Origin: Lingula anatina
Taxonomy: Eukaryota; Animalia; Brachiopoda
NCBI GenBank assembly: GCA_051362555.1
Contig: CM120641.1
Location: 22,946,401 to 23,010,400 of the forward strand
DNA: 64,000 nucleotides
Direction: 5' to 3'
Positions 27,280-40,819 of this stretch are shown here, piece after piece. The notes beneath the pieces were generated by a model. The model was not told the DNA's origin, made no database searches, and saw only the letters and a program-made list of their open reading frames with translations. Positions within the stretch are counted from its first letter, which is position 1. Every line of letters begins with the position of its first letter. The position numbers and the translations under genes are program-made.

Positions 27280-29400
27280 AAAAAAGAAAAGAATAGATTG
27301 ACTTTGGACCTGAGTCAATTGAACAATCATGTTAAGAAAGATAAAGTAAAATTCAAAGACTGGAAATCGGGTATCGATTACTTCGAGAAAGATTGCTTAA
27401 TGATTATATTTGATCTTAAATCAGGTTAACATCAAATCGATATCTCACATAGATTTCAATCTTTCTTGGCATTTTCCTGGGATCATCATTTCTAATGTTA
27501 TACGCGTTCTGCCTTTTAGGCTTTACTCTGCCGCTTATATTTTCAGTAAATGTTTGGGGCCGTTAGTCAAGTATTGGAGAGAACAAAGCATCAAGATAGT
27601 TTTATATCTAGATGACGGGATAGTCTTTTCAAAAAATTTAGATGAGTGCCAGCGAGTTTCTCCGTTAGTGAGAAATTCTCTTATCGAAGCGGGTTTAATA
27701 ATCAATGAAGAAAAATCAATTTTTTCACCTGTCAATAATTAAGAATGGCTCGGTATTATTTGGGATGCCCCATCTTTATCTCTGTCAATACCAGAAAGGC
27801 GAATTCAAACTACTTCAACAGCAATAGAAAACATTATGTCCATGTTCAATTCTTTTACAGCAAGAGAGTTGGCCAGCGTCGTCGGAAAAATCATTTCTAT
27901 GTCTCCAGTTCTGGGCAACTTTTGTAGAATTGATACTAGATATTGTTTTGTGGCAGTAGTCAATCGATCTTCCTGGGATATCCCTTTAACTGAAGTAGAA
28001 AAATGTCCCATCCTAAACGAGCTCAGTTTTTGGCTGCAAAATATTCGTTCTCACAATAACAGGTCGCTTTTACAGTCCGTCAAAAAAGAAATTATTATTT
28101 TTTCGAACGCCAGTAACGTAAGGGCGGGTGCCTGCACTGTTGAGATAGAAAACAAAATTTTTCAACAAAATTGGACTGCTCAAGAAGCTACCATGGGTTC
28201 AACTTGGAGAGAGTTAAAAGCAGTAGATCTGGCTATTATGTTTTTCGGGCATCACATCGCAAATTCTCATGTCATATGGTTTTCGGACAATCAAAATTGT
28301 GTCAAGAATGTACAAACTGGAAGTATGAAAAATCATTGCAAGATTTATCCTTCAATATTTTTTAGACTTGCATTAAAGTCGGAATTTCCCTTGATATTAG
28401 CTGGATTCCTAGAAATCAAAACAACACAGCCGATTACCGACACAGCAAAATTATCGATTTTGACGTTTGGGGCGTTTAGCCGGAGTTTTTTGAATTCATA
28501 CAAGAGCATTTCGGTCCCTTTACCGTAGATTTGGCGCTGAAAAATTTTTGAGTAATCAATTTCTATAAAGAAGTTCACGAGAGAATGAAAAATATAAAAG
28601 TAATAAAAAAATGAAAGATAAAAAATATGAACATATAAGGACCTTCTTAATACTTTTTGCTTTAAGTTTCAGCTTTAAAGATAGCCAAAAAGCACAGCTG
28701 AGAACAGGATTTGGAGAGGGGGGGTGGAGGAGTTTTTGCTCTTTTTCTTCCTTAATACTGACACAACCACTCTTCCAGTACTTTATACTTACTACAAATG
28801 ACCAAACACACCTGCCGGTCACTAAAATGAAGAAAAAAATTGTCTTCCCTAAATGGCCAAAATTGAAGAAAACTGCCATACGCGGACCTTATGAGAATAA
28901 CTCAAAATCACCCAAAAACGACCCGTCACCAATTTTTCCAAAGAATGATGGAAATCAATCTACCACACCTGTCATTCATAAAAAATGTGGAAACGCGCCC
29001 GGGTCACTTCATTAAAGCCTCCCCCATAATTTTTTTTAGGTTTGCTAATTCACAAAATACAAAATTTTGGAACCCAAGCTCCGAAGCAGTTGACGCCTTT
29101 ACGCAAAATTGGGAGGGGGAAAATAATTGGTTGTTCCCTCCCATATACTTGGTTATCGCCAGTATTAAACATTTGGTCCATTGCAGGGCTTGTAGTTCCA
29201 AAATGGCCATCGTCTGTATTTTGGCTTTTTTTCAGAAAGTGAATCCCATATGTTCATTTAAGATGTATTTGGATTTAAAGACGCTTCACATATTTATATA
29301 CAGGGCAACAACAAAAATTCTATTTTTAACTCAAATTTCAAATGAGTATTGGGTGTGGCCTCTGTGTAGGTTCATCAATCTGGGCATTACTCTGTAAAAC
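27280..29400 (+). mobile_element. Decayed DIRS-like retrotransposon pol (RT, RNase H, methyltransferase-like domain)
   Basis: RLTLDLSQLN..VKFKDWK; VLPFRL.SAAYIFSK; LYLDDG (RT); IFSNAS..STWRELKAV..WFSDNQ (RNase H); GPFTVD/RFAN..FWNPSSEAVDAFTQNWEGENNWLFPP (DIRS MT region). Frameshifted. Confidence 0.85.
28531..29037. mobile_element. 507-bp insertion containing one diverged monomer of the 1-11084 satellite
   Basis: Removing 28531-29037 rejoins gta gat|agg ttt gct aat (VD|RFAN). 28666-29023 aligns to exactly one monomer (tttcagctttaaag ... cacttcattaaagcc). Confidence 0.9.
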
Positions 29401-29949
29401 TGTGCGGACCGTTTCGTTTGGCGCAATTACCTGTCTGGCAATGCCTGTCTTTTTCGCGCCATTCTGCCACAGATTAACAAATTTGTAAAGCACTGCATAG
29501 CTCATTTTACACACTGCGAACCCGACCACTTGCATGCAAAATTTCAAATTCTTCTATGCAGTAGTTGCCGACATATGGATACTTTTTTGACAGAACCATG
29601 CTTTGCCAAAGCCAAGCTTTGACCTGCCCAAAGGAGCACTACCCAATTAAATCACTGCATATTACATAATGCAGCAGCGCAACAAACCTGGTAATCAGTT
29701 AATTGGTAGGGATACACCTGACTACACACTTCTCCATTCACATATCTTATGAGATCGGAGTTTGTGAAAAAAAAACGCATTTTCACCTAGGCATACATTC
29801 GAAACTGAAATATTCCATATGAAATGTCAAGTCTGTATCTTATTTCATGTATAATAATATATTCATACTGATAATCGTAAAAAAATTGATAGTAAATTAT
29901 ATCAATAATATATATATTATTAAGTCAAGCTTTTAGATAAACAAAAGAA

Positions 29950-30515
29950 GAGACAGACTTTAACGACGCTATATATAGATTTTATTTCCGTTTTTTATAC
30001 GTTTTTCAGATATTTTTTCTATCGGAAGATGGAAAGATCAACCATCAGAACAAGACGAAGTTTTAAAAGGACTCGAAAAATCTTTACAGGAATACTCAAA
30101 ATCAAATAACACGGTCTCCGATTATAAATATGCATCCAACAAATTTAGTTCCTGGTGCAACAGCTTTAACCCAAAACTTTCCTCCTTACCAGCTTCAGAA
30201 AAGCACGTATCCACGTACTCATGCATGCGTCAAAACTACCCATGGACTGACAAATTCTTTCCCAACATTTAGAGGAGTTAAGCAAGGAGATACACTGAGC
30301 CCCTTCCTTTTTAATACATACATAGATGGCATACTAAGACTTATAGATGAATCACAAAGCAAAGCCCCATCACTTGGGGCTGGAAACCTGTTACTTGTCT
30401 TTTTCATGCTGATGATTTAGTTTTGTTTTCGGCAAGTAACTCAGGTCTTCAGTATAGTTTAAATTGCTTGGAAGAATACTGTGACAGATGGAGGTTAACT
30501 GTTAACTTAAACAAG
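29950..30515 (+). mobile_element. Non-LTR retrotransposon RT fragment
   Basis: YIDF; RGVKQGDTLSPFLFNTYID; LFHADDLVL (shifted frame); LQYSLNCLEEYCDRWRLTVNLNK. Confidence 0.85.
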
Positions 30516-30599
30516 GCAGCAAAGCTGTCAAATGTACAGACAAAAAACAGAAAATAACAATGCACAAAATAGGCTACTGTCAATTCTGATGCAAAAGTA

Positions 30600-31730
30600 C
30601 ATCATGCCTAACTGCAAATTCAACATCAAATTTTAATTATGCTCAACAGGTTATGTCGATGTATGTAAAATGTGTAACAAGCATAAGGCTTCAGGCCCAT
30701 GGAAGTTCAAGTTCACACTTTGAAAACGCCAGAATGAGAAAAATGAAAATTTCACACAAAATTGCATAAATTCAATAATAAATGATAACCCAATTGAGCT
30801 GGCTTTCTAATTTGAACTGCATGCCAATCCTAAAAATCATACTTGTAAGTTAAAAATAGTAATAAGTAACACAGTTTTCTTTTCATAATGTTTGTAGTAG
30901 CAGTGCAAAAAGATTTTTGTCAATTTTGATGTAACATTAGATAATAAATTACAGAATAATGATAACCAATTTTTGATTATTGACTATAAATAGCATGGAC
31001 ATAGAAAATTTGATTACCATCCGGCTTCATGTCCATGGGAGCTCCGAATCCAAAATGAATATGCCAATACTATGTTAATGAATATTTCACTGAAATGTAT
31101 AACTTCCAGAAAAAGAAGCCAATTAGACTGCTTTTCCAACTCAGGTTACATTTGAGTCTGTGTTTCTTTTTTGAAAGTTTGACAATCATAAGTAATACGG
31201 TTTTCCCATAATGGTCATAATGGCAGCATCACCAAAATTGTGTGTTCTTCTATTTTGATGCAATATTACATAATGCTTAACAGCAACTTTTAATAATAAA
31301 ATATATATGTATAATGGATTTTCAGAAAATGTGACTAGCATGGGTCTTCAAGCCCGTGGAGGTTCTAAGTCACACCTTGAAAATGCCAATATGTGAAAAG
31401 TTAAATTTTCACAAAAAACTGTTTAATTGCCAGAAAAATTTACCAAAAAGTCTGCATTGCTTACTGAAGCTGTACTTTAGTCCTGTGTTTCTTTCCTGTA
31501 AGTTTGAGAACAGTAAGTGGCATGGTTTTCCTTAAATGGTCATCATGGAAGCAGTGCCCAAAATAGGGTTTTTTCAAATTTTGATGCAATATTACATAAT
31601 GTTTAACAGCATTATGACCATCAATTTTTAATAATAAAATATAAGTATCATGGACAATCAGAAAACGTGAATAGCAAAGGTTTTTAGGCCCATGGAACTT
31701 CAAAGTCACACCTTGAAAATGCCAAAATTT
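30600..31730. repeat. Degenerate tandem repeat, ~330-bp period, ~3.5 units
   Basis: ggcccatggaa(g/c)ttcaa(a)gtcacac(c)ttgaaaatgcca-like anchor at ~30694, ~31030, ~31350 and ~31686. Confidence 0.65.
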
Positions 31731-32432
31731 ATCTTATTTTTATATATATAGTATGTTTACGTAAATTTTCAAAAAGCTTAAATGAAATCATTTCTGAAAT
31801 CATTGATGTAACAATAAGAAAAATTCGATCATAAAGTCATTAAAATGTTGTGATAGTACACACACCTCTTAAACCAAAAGTTCACTCGCAATTATATGTT
31901 AAAAATATGTACTTTGGCACTAGACACATGTAGCAAGTCAAGTCAAATTCACCTTGGATTAAAATTAATCTGCATCGTGATCAATGGATTTGAACTGAAT
32001 GTAGAAAAATACATCAGCTTGTTTAATGCACGAAAAATGCACAATATTCGCTTTTGAGATTTTTTTCAGTTTAAAAGCTGTAAATAGTGACAAAAATTGG
32101 ATAATGAAATTATGATTTCGTTTATTATAAGCATAATTTTTTAACTCCATAATATTCATAGGTGTCTTTTATTATCGTCAGATGAAAGATCCACTTTTTC
32201 TGTTTCGTGAATATCTCTGTCTTGCGTTTCAATGGTCGTTATATTTCCATTAGATTTGTTGGCTTGCTCATAATTACTTTCATTCAGACTTTTGTATTTA
32301 TTGTAACCTTTAGGGCCATAATACATTTTTAATCTGTTTGCATGAACAGATTTATGTTCCCTGTGTGTTTTACAATCTCTCAAATAATACGTGCACCCTT
32401 CTGATTATACATGTATCTTCGTAATGTAATAT

Positions 32433-33493
32433 CCCAGCAGGCATAGTTGCGTTGGATCAACGTTGAAAACAGGTTGATACGTTGAATTGCCGTTGATCTA
32501 CCTAAATTCAAAGTTGAATCAACGTAGATCCAGCCACGTTGACTCAACGTTGTATTTTGGTCAATGACACAACCTTGCAGTTATGGATTGTAATTTAAAA
32601 TATTAATTATTGAAAACGTGATACTTTGTTTATCAATACTGTAACTAAATTTATCAAAATAATAACAAAATGGTTTTAAAGTAAAGGTGACAGTTGTTTT
32701 GAATCTTTAGTTAACTAGTGAATTTTCTTAACTTGTTATTCAGAAATACATTCCAATAAACTGAATTGTTTGCAAGGTCAGCTAACACCAGGATGAATAA
32801 GTTGCTGTAAACGTGATGGAGTTAACAGTTCTTGGTAACCTGTTATAGATAGACAGGTTGAGGTGACTGTGACCTTGTTACATATATATGTTAATCTAAA
32901 CCTTGGAAATTTTAAAGGCATAATAACTCTTTGTATGAGACCTATATTTCACAATAAAAAACTTGTGAATAACTCATAGAAATATAATATATTCTGTTTT
33001 ACCACAAAAACAGCAGTTATAGCTTTTATTCTGATATTTGAACTTGTCTTTAGACCACGTGACCTCCATTGATTTCTATACTCTGTTAAAATCTCTTAAG
33101 AGATTTTAACAAAAAACCAAACTTTTTAGAAAAAAACCAGGGACTAACTTTGAATGTAAAAATGGATTCATTAACCATTGGTAAGTATGGGAAAATTGTT
33201 GTTTACTCCAGGAAAATTCATTTTTTGGCCGAAACGAAGAGTTATTATTGCTTTAACTTAAAGGCCATATATTTATACCCTACATATATTTAGCCATCAA
33301 ACATGTTCTACTGCTAAACACATTAAGGCAAATTTCCCGCTGGGTGGGATTGATATAACATTGTTTTCTGACGTTGATACAACGTTGTTATCTGAGGTTG
33401 ACACAACTTTCAAATCCAACGTTTATTCAATGTCTTTTCAACGTTATGGTTCAAGTTGTTTCAACGTTAAAACAACATAATTTGCCCGCTGGG
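32433..33493. mobile_element. Non-autonomous CACTA/EnSpm-like element, copy 1
   Basis: CCCAGCAGGCA...TGCCCGCTGGG termini, AT 2-bp TSD, subterminal caacgttg repeats; splits the Gypsy GPY motif. Confidence 0.8.
32916..33252. mobile_element. Kolobok-type MITE (TTAA TSD) nested in CACTA copy 1
   Basis: TTAA-aggcataataactctt...aagagttattattgct-TTAA; the empty site is visible in CACTA copy 2 (~34200). Confidence 0.8.
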
Positions 33494-33850
33494 ATGGTCC
33501 TTTATACTTGATGTACAATTAGAAATCAATCATTGAGGTGTCATTGGTGTATATATCCAAACTCTGTCACCTATTCTGAAAATCGGTTGCTTTGATTTAA
33601 GGTCATACATTGCTTTATACTATTTATGAGCTTCATCATTGTTGTTTGTTGATATTTTGCCGTTTTAAGGGTTTCTTTCAATTCTTCAATGTACTGATGT
33701 AGGTTTTTATTTTCATTGAGTCCAGAGATGAAATCACTATCTAAAGGTGTACGCATTTCTCGTCCAAAAACCAAATGATAAGGAGAAAACTTTGTGGACT
33801 GAGCACAAGGCGTCGTTCGTAATGCCATCATTATTTTTGGAAAGACATCA

Positions 33851-34606
33851 CCCAGCAGGCATAGTGACGTTGGATCAACGTTGAAAAACAGGTTGATACA
33901 TTGAATTGCCGTTGATCTACCTAAATTCAACGTAAAATCAACGTTTTGTGACGTTGACTCAATGTTGTATTTTGGTCATTGACTCAACGTTGTTGTTTGG
34001 TCGTCGTGATGCAAGACATGGATTGTAATTTAAAATATCAATTATTGAAAACGTGATACTTTGATTATCAATACAACAAAGTTGACAGTTCTCGGTACCC
34101 TGTTATAGACAGACAGGTCGAGGTGACTGTGACTTTGTTATATATATATATATATATATCAATACGTCACATGTTATATATAACTTAACCTTGAAATTTT
34201 TAACTTAAAGGTCTACATATATTTAGCCATCAAACATGTCCTACTGCTAAACACATTCAGGCTAAAAGGGTGTACCATGCTTAGTTATAAACATGCTTAG
34301 GAGCTAAATGCGTTGAAAAAATCAGACAAAGCAGGCACTTGGATGTTTTTACAGTGTACGTTATAATTCTGTACCTGTTTTTTTTTTTTTGTACCAAAAA
34401 TAAAAACATTTCAGATAATTTTAATGTCTTTTCATGCAAGAATGTTGTCTAACAACTGGGGTTGATACAATGTTGTTATCTGACGTTGATACAACGTTGT
34501 CATCTGACGTTGATACAACTTTCAAATCCAACGTTTATCAAACGTCTTATCAACGTTATGGTTCAAAGTTGTTTCAACGTTAAAACAACATAATTTGCCC
34601 GCTGGG
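33851..34606. mobile_element. Non-autonomous CACTA/EnSpm-like element, copy 2
   Basis: CCCAGCAGGCA...TGCCCGCTGGG with CA TSD; removal restores integrase DQTNWPDVFPKIMMALR. Confidence 0.8.
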
Positions 34607-35435
34607 CAGGCCAATTAGTTTGATCTGTATCACAATATGCTCTCAAAGTTTGCGCAATTATCGGGTTTGTTCTCTCACAGGCTGCAATACTTTGTAGATG
34701 CTATGCACTAGTATGATAGCGCTTTCCAAGGAATAATTTACACAACGATTGAATGATTTGAGACAAAAAGTGCTTTCCGCGATCAGAAACGAGATAATTC
34801 GTTTTGTTCCAGGTATCTTATGATATCTTGAAATTCAGGGCATTCACTTTGATCTTTATCGACTACATTTGTAACATCAACAACGTTTATGTCATCACAC
34901 TGACTTAAGTGCCGCTCACTTCTCCTTTCGCCAGTTTGATTCGGTAAGTTCGGTAAGTTAAGCTTGGGCTAAAAATTCTTATCCTGACATCTGTCAGTAT
35001 CATCCGCGTTTAAGTGACTAACGTTGCTAACGGTATCAAAAACGTTCATATTCACGTCTCAATAGGACGTCAGCTGGATTTGTTTTTCCAGGCCAGTGAA
35101 GTATTTTAAAATCTAGACGTTGTCATTTAAATAACCATAGCCTGCCATTTGTATGTTTAACATTTTGCAAACAAGATTTCTCTTTATTATTTGTATACAC
35201 CTTGAAGTGGCTGTTGGCCTAATATTGTTCAAATTGCCTTATCCCTTCAATAACTGCTTAAAATATAACCTATAGCGGAAGTAGATGCGTCCGTTGTTAA
35301 TGTAAACTCGTGCGAAATGTCTGGATAAGCTAATATTGGTGGTGACAATATTAACTATTCTTTTAATGTTTGAAATGAGACTTCACATTCAAGACTCCAT
35401 AGGAATTTTGCGTCTTTCCGTACAAGTTTATTTAA

Positions 35436-35812
35436 AGGGATAATAACTCTTCGTTTCGGCCAAAAAATTAATTTTCTTGGAGTAAACAACAATTTTCCCA
35501 TACTTACCAATGGTTAATGAATCCATTTTTACATTCAAAGTTAGTCTCTGTTTTTTTTTTTTATTTTTTTATTTTTTTTTTTTTCTAAAAAGTTTGTTTT
35601 TTTGTTAAAATCTCTTTGTTAAAATCTCTTAAGAGATTTTAACAGAGTATAGCCATCAATGGAGGTCACGTGGTCTAAAGACAAGCTCAGATACCAGAAT
35701 AATAGCAATTACTGTCGTTTTTGTGGTAAAACAGAATATATTATATTTCTATGAGTTATTCACAATGTTTTTATTGTGAAATATAGATCTCATACGAAGA
35801 GTTATTATCCCT
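35436..35812. mobile_element. Kolobok-type MITE (TTAA TSD, perfect 19-bp TIR)
   Basis: TTAA-AGGGATAATAACTCTTCGT...ACGAAGAGTTATTATCCCT-TTAA; removal restores GFSKIADTLNKLVRKDAKFLW. Inverted relative to 32916-33252. Confidence 0.85.
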
Positions 35813-36273
35813 TTAAGGTATCTGCTATTTTACTAAAGCCTTTCATGAATTTTCTGTAGAAGTTACACAAACCTAAAAAAAATTCTGACGTCTCTTACAG
35901 CTTTTGGTATTGGCAATGATTTTATGGCTTCAAGAGTTTTCTCATCCGGTCTTATTCCATTTTTATCTATTACATGACCTAAATATTTAGCTTTTGTTGT
36001 TGCAAACTTACATTTTGATGGTTTTAGTCTGAAATTTGCAGATCGTAATTTCTGGAATACTAGATTTAAATGTTTTAAATGATCATCAAACGTTTTACTT
36101 ATGACCAAATAATCAATGAAGTATTGTTTTACGATACATGTCTCTAAAAATGTGGCCTCATTAAAGCTTGGAAGCTTACACCGGCGTCACGAAGGCCATA
36201 TGCTAAACGTAAAAATTGGAAGTGACCGTGGTGTGTGATGAACGCAGTCTTGTGTTTAGTTTCAGGGTTAAGA

Positions 36274-36396
36274 CAGTGTATGAAATGGCTGCCTGCCCGC
36301 CAGCCCGAGGCTGGTAACTTTCAGGCCGGGCGGGTAAGATTTGCAAATTACCCGCCCGGCGGTCTGGCTAGTAATTTCCTTGAATTTCGTACACTG
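36274..36396. mobile_element. 123-bp MITE (hAT-like) in Gypsy RT
   Basis: cagtgtatgaaat...atttcgtacactg TIR; gttaaga duplicated on both sides. Confidence 0.75.
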
Positions 36397-36804
36397 GTTA
36401 AGAGGTAATTGCCAGAATGCGCCTGCCATATCTAAATTAGAGAAATATCTAGCACCTGACGTAGGCCCTGCCTATTGTTTCAAAAATATTTTCTAAAAGT
36501 GGCCGGTGCATGGGTTTTGTGACTTTATTCAACTTCCGGTAATCTAGTGCGAACCTGTATTCTCCGTTTTTCTTTTTTCAATAGTACCATTGGACTACTG
36601 TACTCATGCTTTCTTCGAATATAGGCCCTACCGTGTTCTAACATTTCGTCTACCTGCTGGACAATTTCATTTTTTAACTTTGGTTCATTCAACAAAATGT
36701 TTGTTTAACCAGAACATCATTTATTGTGTCAATTTGATACTTATACAAAGGCCTATTTGTTGAACCTAACTCTGAAAGATTAATCGCAATGACATCACGA
36801 TTAC

Positions 36805-37806
36805 CACCCAAACCCAATATAGAGGTGCAATTGATGTCAAAAGCATGTTATTGAAAATATTTACTGCACAGATTGCTAACTGTGTTTGATTATTTTAGGG
36901 TCCCACATGAAGAAACTTGTATAATAGTTTCACTCTCCTGGAACCGTGAATAATTAAAAACAATTCATCTTTTAACCCCAAAAAGGAACATACGTCACAA
37001 ATACAAAACGTCCAACTGTGAAACGTTCTACTCACTTTGAAAATTCAGTCATCACTGGTTTTGTTCATTGATTTATCTTCTACAAGTAGGGCTTATAACG
37101 TTGCTAAAATTATAATAATCTTCTGTATAGAGCAGTTTTTGGGCGACTTTAATTTGCTTGTCACAGAATATTTAAAAAATGGGGAAAATACACCCTACCG
37201 ACAGCAAAATAAGCATTAAATAAAAAAATTTCCCTTCATGATCCAAATACTTTATCAGAAATGTCAAACTATCATGGAACCACAATATATTGTTCGGTCA
37301 GCAAAAGAAAACTGATTGTATCTCTTGCACACAAGTACTTGAACAAAATGAAATAAAACAAAAAAATTTAAAAAAACAAAAAACAAATTGTATCTCTTGC
37401 ACACAAGTACTTGAACAAAATGAAACATTTGACAATTTTTCTAGTATAAGCCAACACGCAAAGCCCCTTGGGATACAGTTTAAATATTTATAAAAACGTC
37501 CTTCGTCATGTCTAATTTACCATGATTGAACCACTAAAATATATCGGAACGCGGCATAAAAATGAAAATTAAATGGCAAGGAACATACGTTACCGTACGT
37601 TTTGGAACATACGTTACCATATAGGGCTCTTTGCGTAATGTTAAAGACATGGTAAAAATTAAAAATTGAATTTCAGTTGAGACAGGCGTGGGTTTTTGTT
37701 CTATACACATATATGTTTCGAAATATTGAATACAATTTTAAATTCATTTATTTTTATTTTTTGACACTTCAGCGTGTGAAATGCACCTCTATATTGGGTT
37801 TGGGTG
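36805..37806. mobile_element. Non-autonomous Chapaev-like DNA transposon, copy 1
   Basis: 25-bp perfect TIR CACCCAAACCCAATATAGAGGTGCA, 4-bp TSD ttac; removal restores GRNRDVIAINLSELG. Confidence 0.8.
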
Positions 37807-38374
37807 TTACGTCCTTGATGTTTCTGATCTTTACTCATGTCTGAATCGGCAAAGTTTATATTTAATGCATCTGCATTCTGCAATGCTTCTTGGTCCGATA
37901 ACCCCCTTTGCGCTGTGTTTCCCTCTGACATTTCAATTAAAGCACTGACGCTTGCCAGACTCACTGAACTCGCACTTTTGGGGATGGAAATACTTTCATA
38001 GCTAGGATGCATTATTCTGTAAGCAGATTTGTTTTTATCAATGAACACCAAACATTTTCCTCCGAGTTTTTTCTTTGGCTCAAGATTTCGTACTGGCTCT
38101 AGTAAAGCTACTGAGACAGATGAGGAATGTGATATTTTCACTGGAACTAAACACTTAAATCTGGTTGGAATAGATTCTGATTTAAAGTTACGCACTAGAC
38201 CTAATACAGAGTAAGTGGGTAAGAGCACATCATAATCAGGCAATGCCATGCTATCAAACAATAAATTTTGTCATTGTGTTTACTTAGGAAATCTGTGCTT
38301 AATATCAAACCTCTTGGCAACTGGCTCAATACGACTTTATGTTTATTGATCACATCTCTAAGGCAAAGAAGAAA

Positions 38375-39153
38375 CCCAGCAGATATAATGACACTGGATC
38401 AAAGTTGAAAACAGATTGGGCCGTTCATCTACCTAAATTCATCGTTGAATCAATGTTGATCCAGCCACGCCAAAATGCCGCCATAATGAGACGTTGATTC
38501 AATGTTAGATATTGGTTGTCGTGATGCTAGACATGGATCGTAATTTAAAATATTATTGGGTCGATGTAGAATCAGAATTAATTATATAGTTACTAAAAAC
38601 GTAATACGATGTTTTATAAAAGCCTATATTATGACATATTGTATTAATATGAATTTACGGCAGCTGCATGGTATATGTTGCCATGGGTAATGATTATTTC
38701 TAGCCAATTAACATCAAAAACGGTGCCGCATAATCCATCTCAGACTTGATTTAAATTTTAAAAAAATTAATTTACAACAGTGCTGGTCAATCTTGTGCGG
38801 TGCGAATTGTAGAATCTTCAGATAATCCTTACCGAAATACCCAGCATGTGATGAAAGCTTAAATAAACTGTTATACTGAATATCCCATCATCATCATGAT
38901 GTTTTTATTGTTCATTATTTCTTGAAAAGATTAAAAGGACATCGATACTGTAACGAACTTTATCAAAATATGGAAAACGGTGCTTTAAAGTAAAAACGAT
39001 AGTTGTTTGGTGCCTATAGGGAACTGGCGAATTTCCCTAACTGGTTTTTAAGAAATACTTTCTAATAAACTAATAAAGGTTAACTAACACAAGGATGATT
39101 AAGTCCAGCTAAAAATGTGGTTGAGTAAAGTTTATGACGCTGATCACGGTATC

Positions 39154-39194
<41 letters not shown>

Positions 39195-39462
39195 CGAGAA
39201 ATGTGATTAGGAGCTGAACGCTGTTTTTACAGAATACATTATAATTGTGTGCCTGTGTTTAAAAAATTTAATAAAAACATTTTTAATGTCTTTTAATGCA
39301 AGAATGTTCTCTCAGAAATAGGGTTGATACAACGTTGTTATCTGACGTTGATACGTTATTTTTCTTTGAGCCAATTTCTAAATCCAATGTTAATCCAACG
39401 TCTTGTCAACGTTGAAGTTCAACTTTGTTTCAACGTTGAAACGACATCATTTGCTTGCTGGG
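38375..39462. mobile_element. Non-autonomous CACTA/EnSpm-like element, copy 3 (more diverged)
   Basis: CCCAGCAGA...TTGCTGGG with AA TSD; caacgttg repeats; internal (TA)n. Confidence 0.75.
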
Positions 39463-39904
39463 AACTCTAGGCCTACCTTTCCCAGAACTTTAATCGCTAA
39501 TTGAAATTTCTTTTAATGGCGATTTTTCGTAAGAATTTCGATCTTTTTTCCTTATTTTGATAAAAGAGATTCTGATACTCAACATATAACTGCACCTGTG
39601 TCAACATAAGCATTGATATGTTGTTTGTCGATAAGAATTGATATTAGATTATTCGTTTGGTAGTCGGAATTAATAGCAATTGGCACTTTAGGCTACTATT
39701 TTCAATCTTGTTATAAATCCTTTTTCTTTCTCTTAGCCATTTGTTTACACATGCAGCATGACAGACTTTTGCTATGTGTCCTATTTTACCCCAAAAATTA
39801 CAGTTAAAATTGCGAGCAAAACAATTAAGTCAAAGATCCGTGTACTCGACACATCCCTGACCTATTGACCATTTTCTTATCGGACGATAGCTGGGGCGTC
39901 CAGC

Positions 39905-40735
39905 TGGTGTTGATTTGAACTCTAGTCGCAGATGCATGCATGCATGCATGCGTTAAAAATATTTAGTCTAATAGTAGGGCCTACACAGATTGCAAACTAT
40001 GATTATTTCAGGGTTTCACGTGAAGAAGTTTGTATCAAAGTTTCACTCTCCTGGAACCATGAATAATAAAAAATAATTCATCTTCCATCCCCAAAAAAAG
40101 AAACATACATTGTACGTTAGTGTCACAAATCCAAAACGTTTTATTCACTTTGAAAATTCAATTAGGCCTATCACTGGATTTGTTCTCTTAATTAACACCT
40201 ACAAGCATAACGTAAAAAATTATAATAATCTTTCGTATAAAGGAATTAATTGTTTTTGAGCAACTTCAGTTTGCTTGTCACTGAATATTTAAAAAACGGG
40301 GGAAAATACACCCTACCGACAGTAAAATAAGCATCAAATAAATTATTTTACTCAGAAATATCAAACTATCGTGGAATCACAAGAATTTTTTCTGTCAGCA
40401 AGTGAATACATTGTTTTCTCTTGCACCAAGTATTTGAACAAAATGAAACATTTTGACAAATTTTATAAATTTACCATGACCGAACCGCTTCAAGTTATAT
40501 GGAAACGCGGTATAAACATTAAAAATAAATGACGAGGAACATACGATACCGTACGTTTTTGGAACATACGATACTATTTAGGGCTCTTTGCATAATGTAA
40601 AAGACATAATAGGCCTAAAAATTAAAATTTGAATTTAAATTGAGACAGTCGTGGATTTTTGTTCTATACACATATAGGCCTATGTTTTTAAAAAATGAAT
40701 ACATCTTTGCATTAATCCAATTTTATTTATTTATC

Positions 40736-40773
<38 letters not shown>

Positions 40774-40819
40774 TTGACACTCTAGCATGTCAAATGCACC
40801 ACTTTATTGGGTTTGGGTG
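39905..40819. mobile_element. Chapaev-like element, copy 2 (left end degraded)
   Basis: Colinear with 36865-37806; ends tgcaccactttattgggtttgggtg. Confidence 0.75.
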
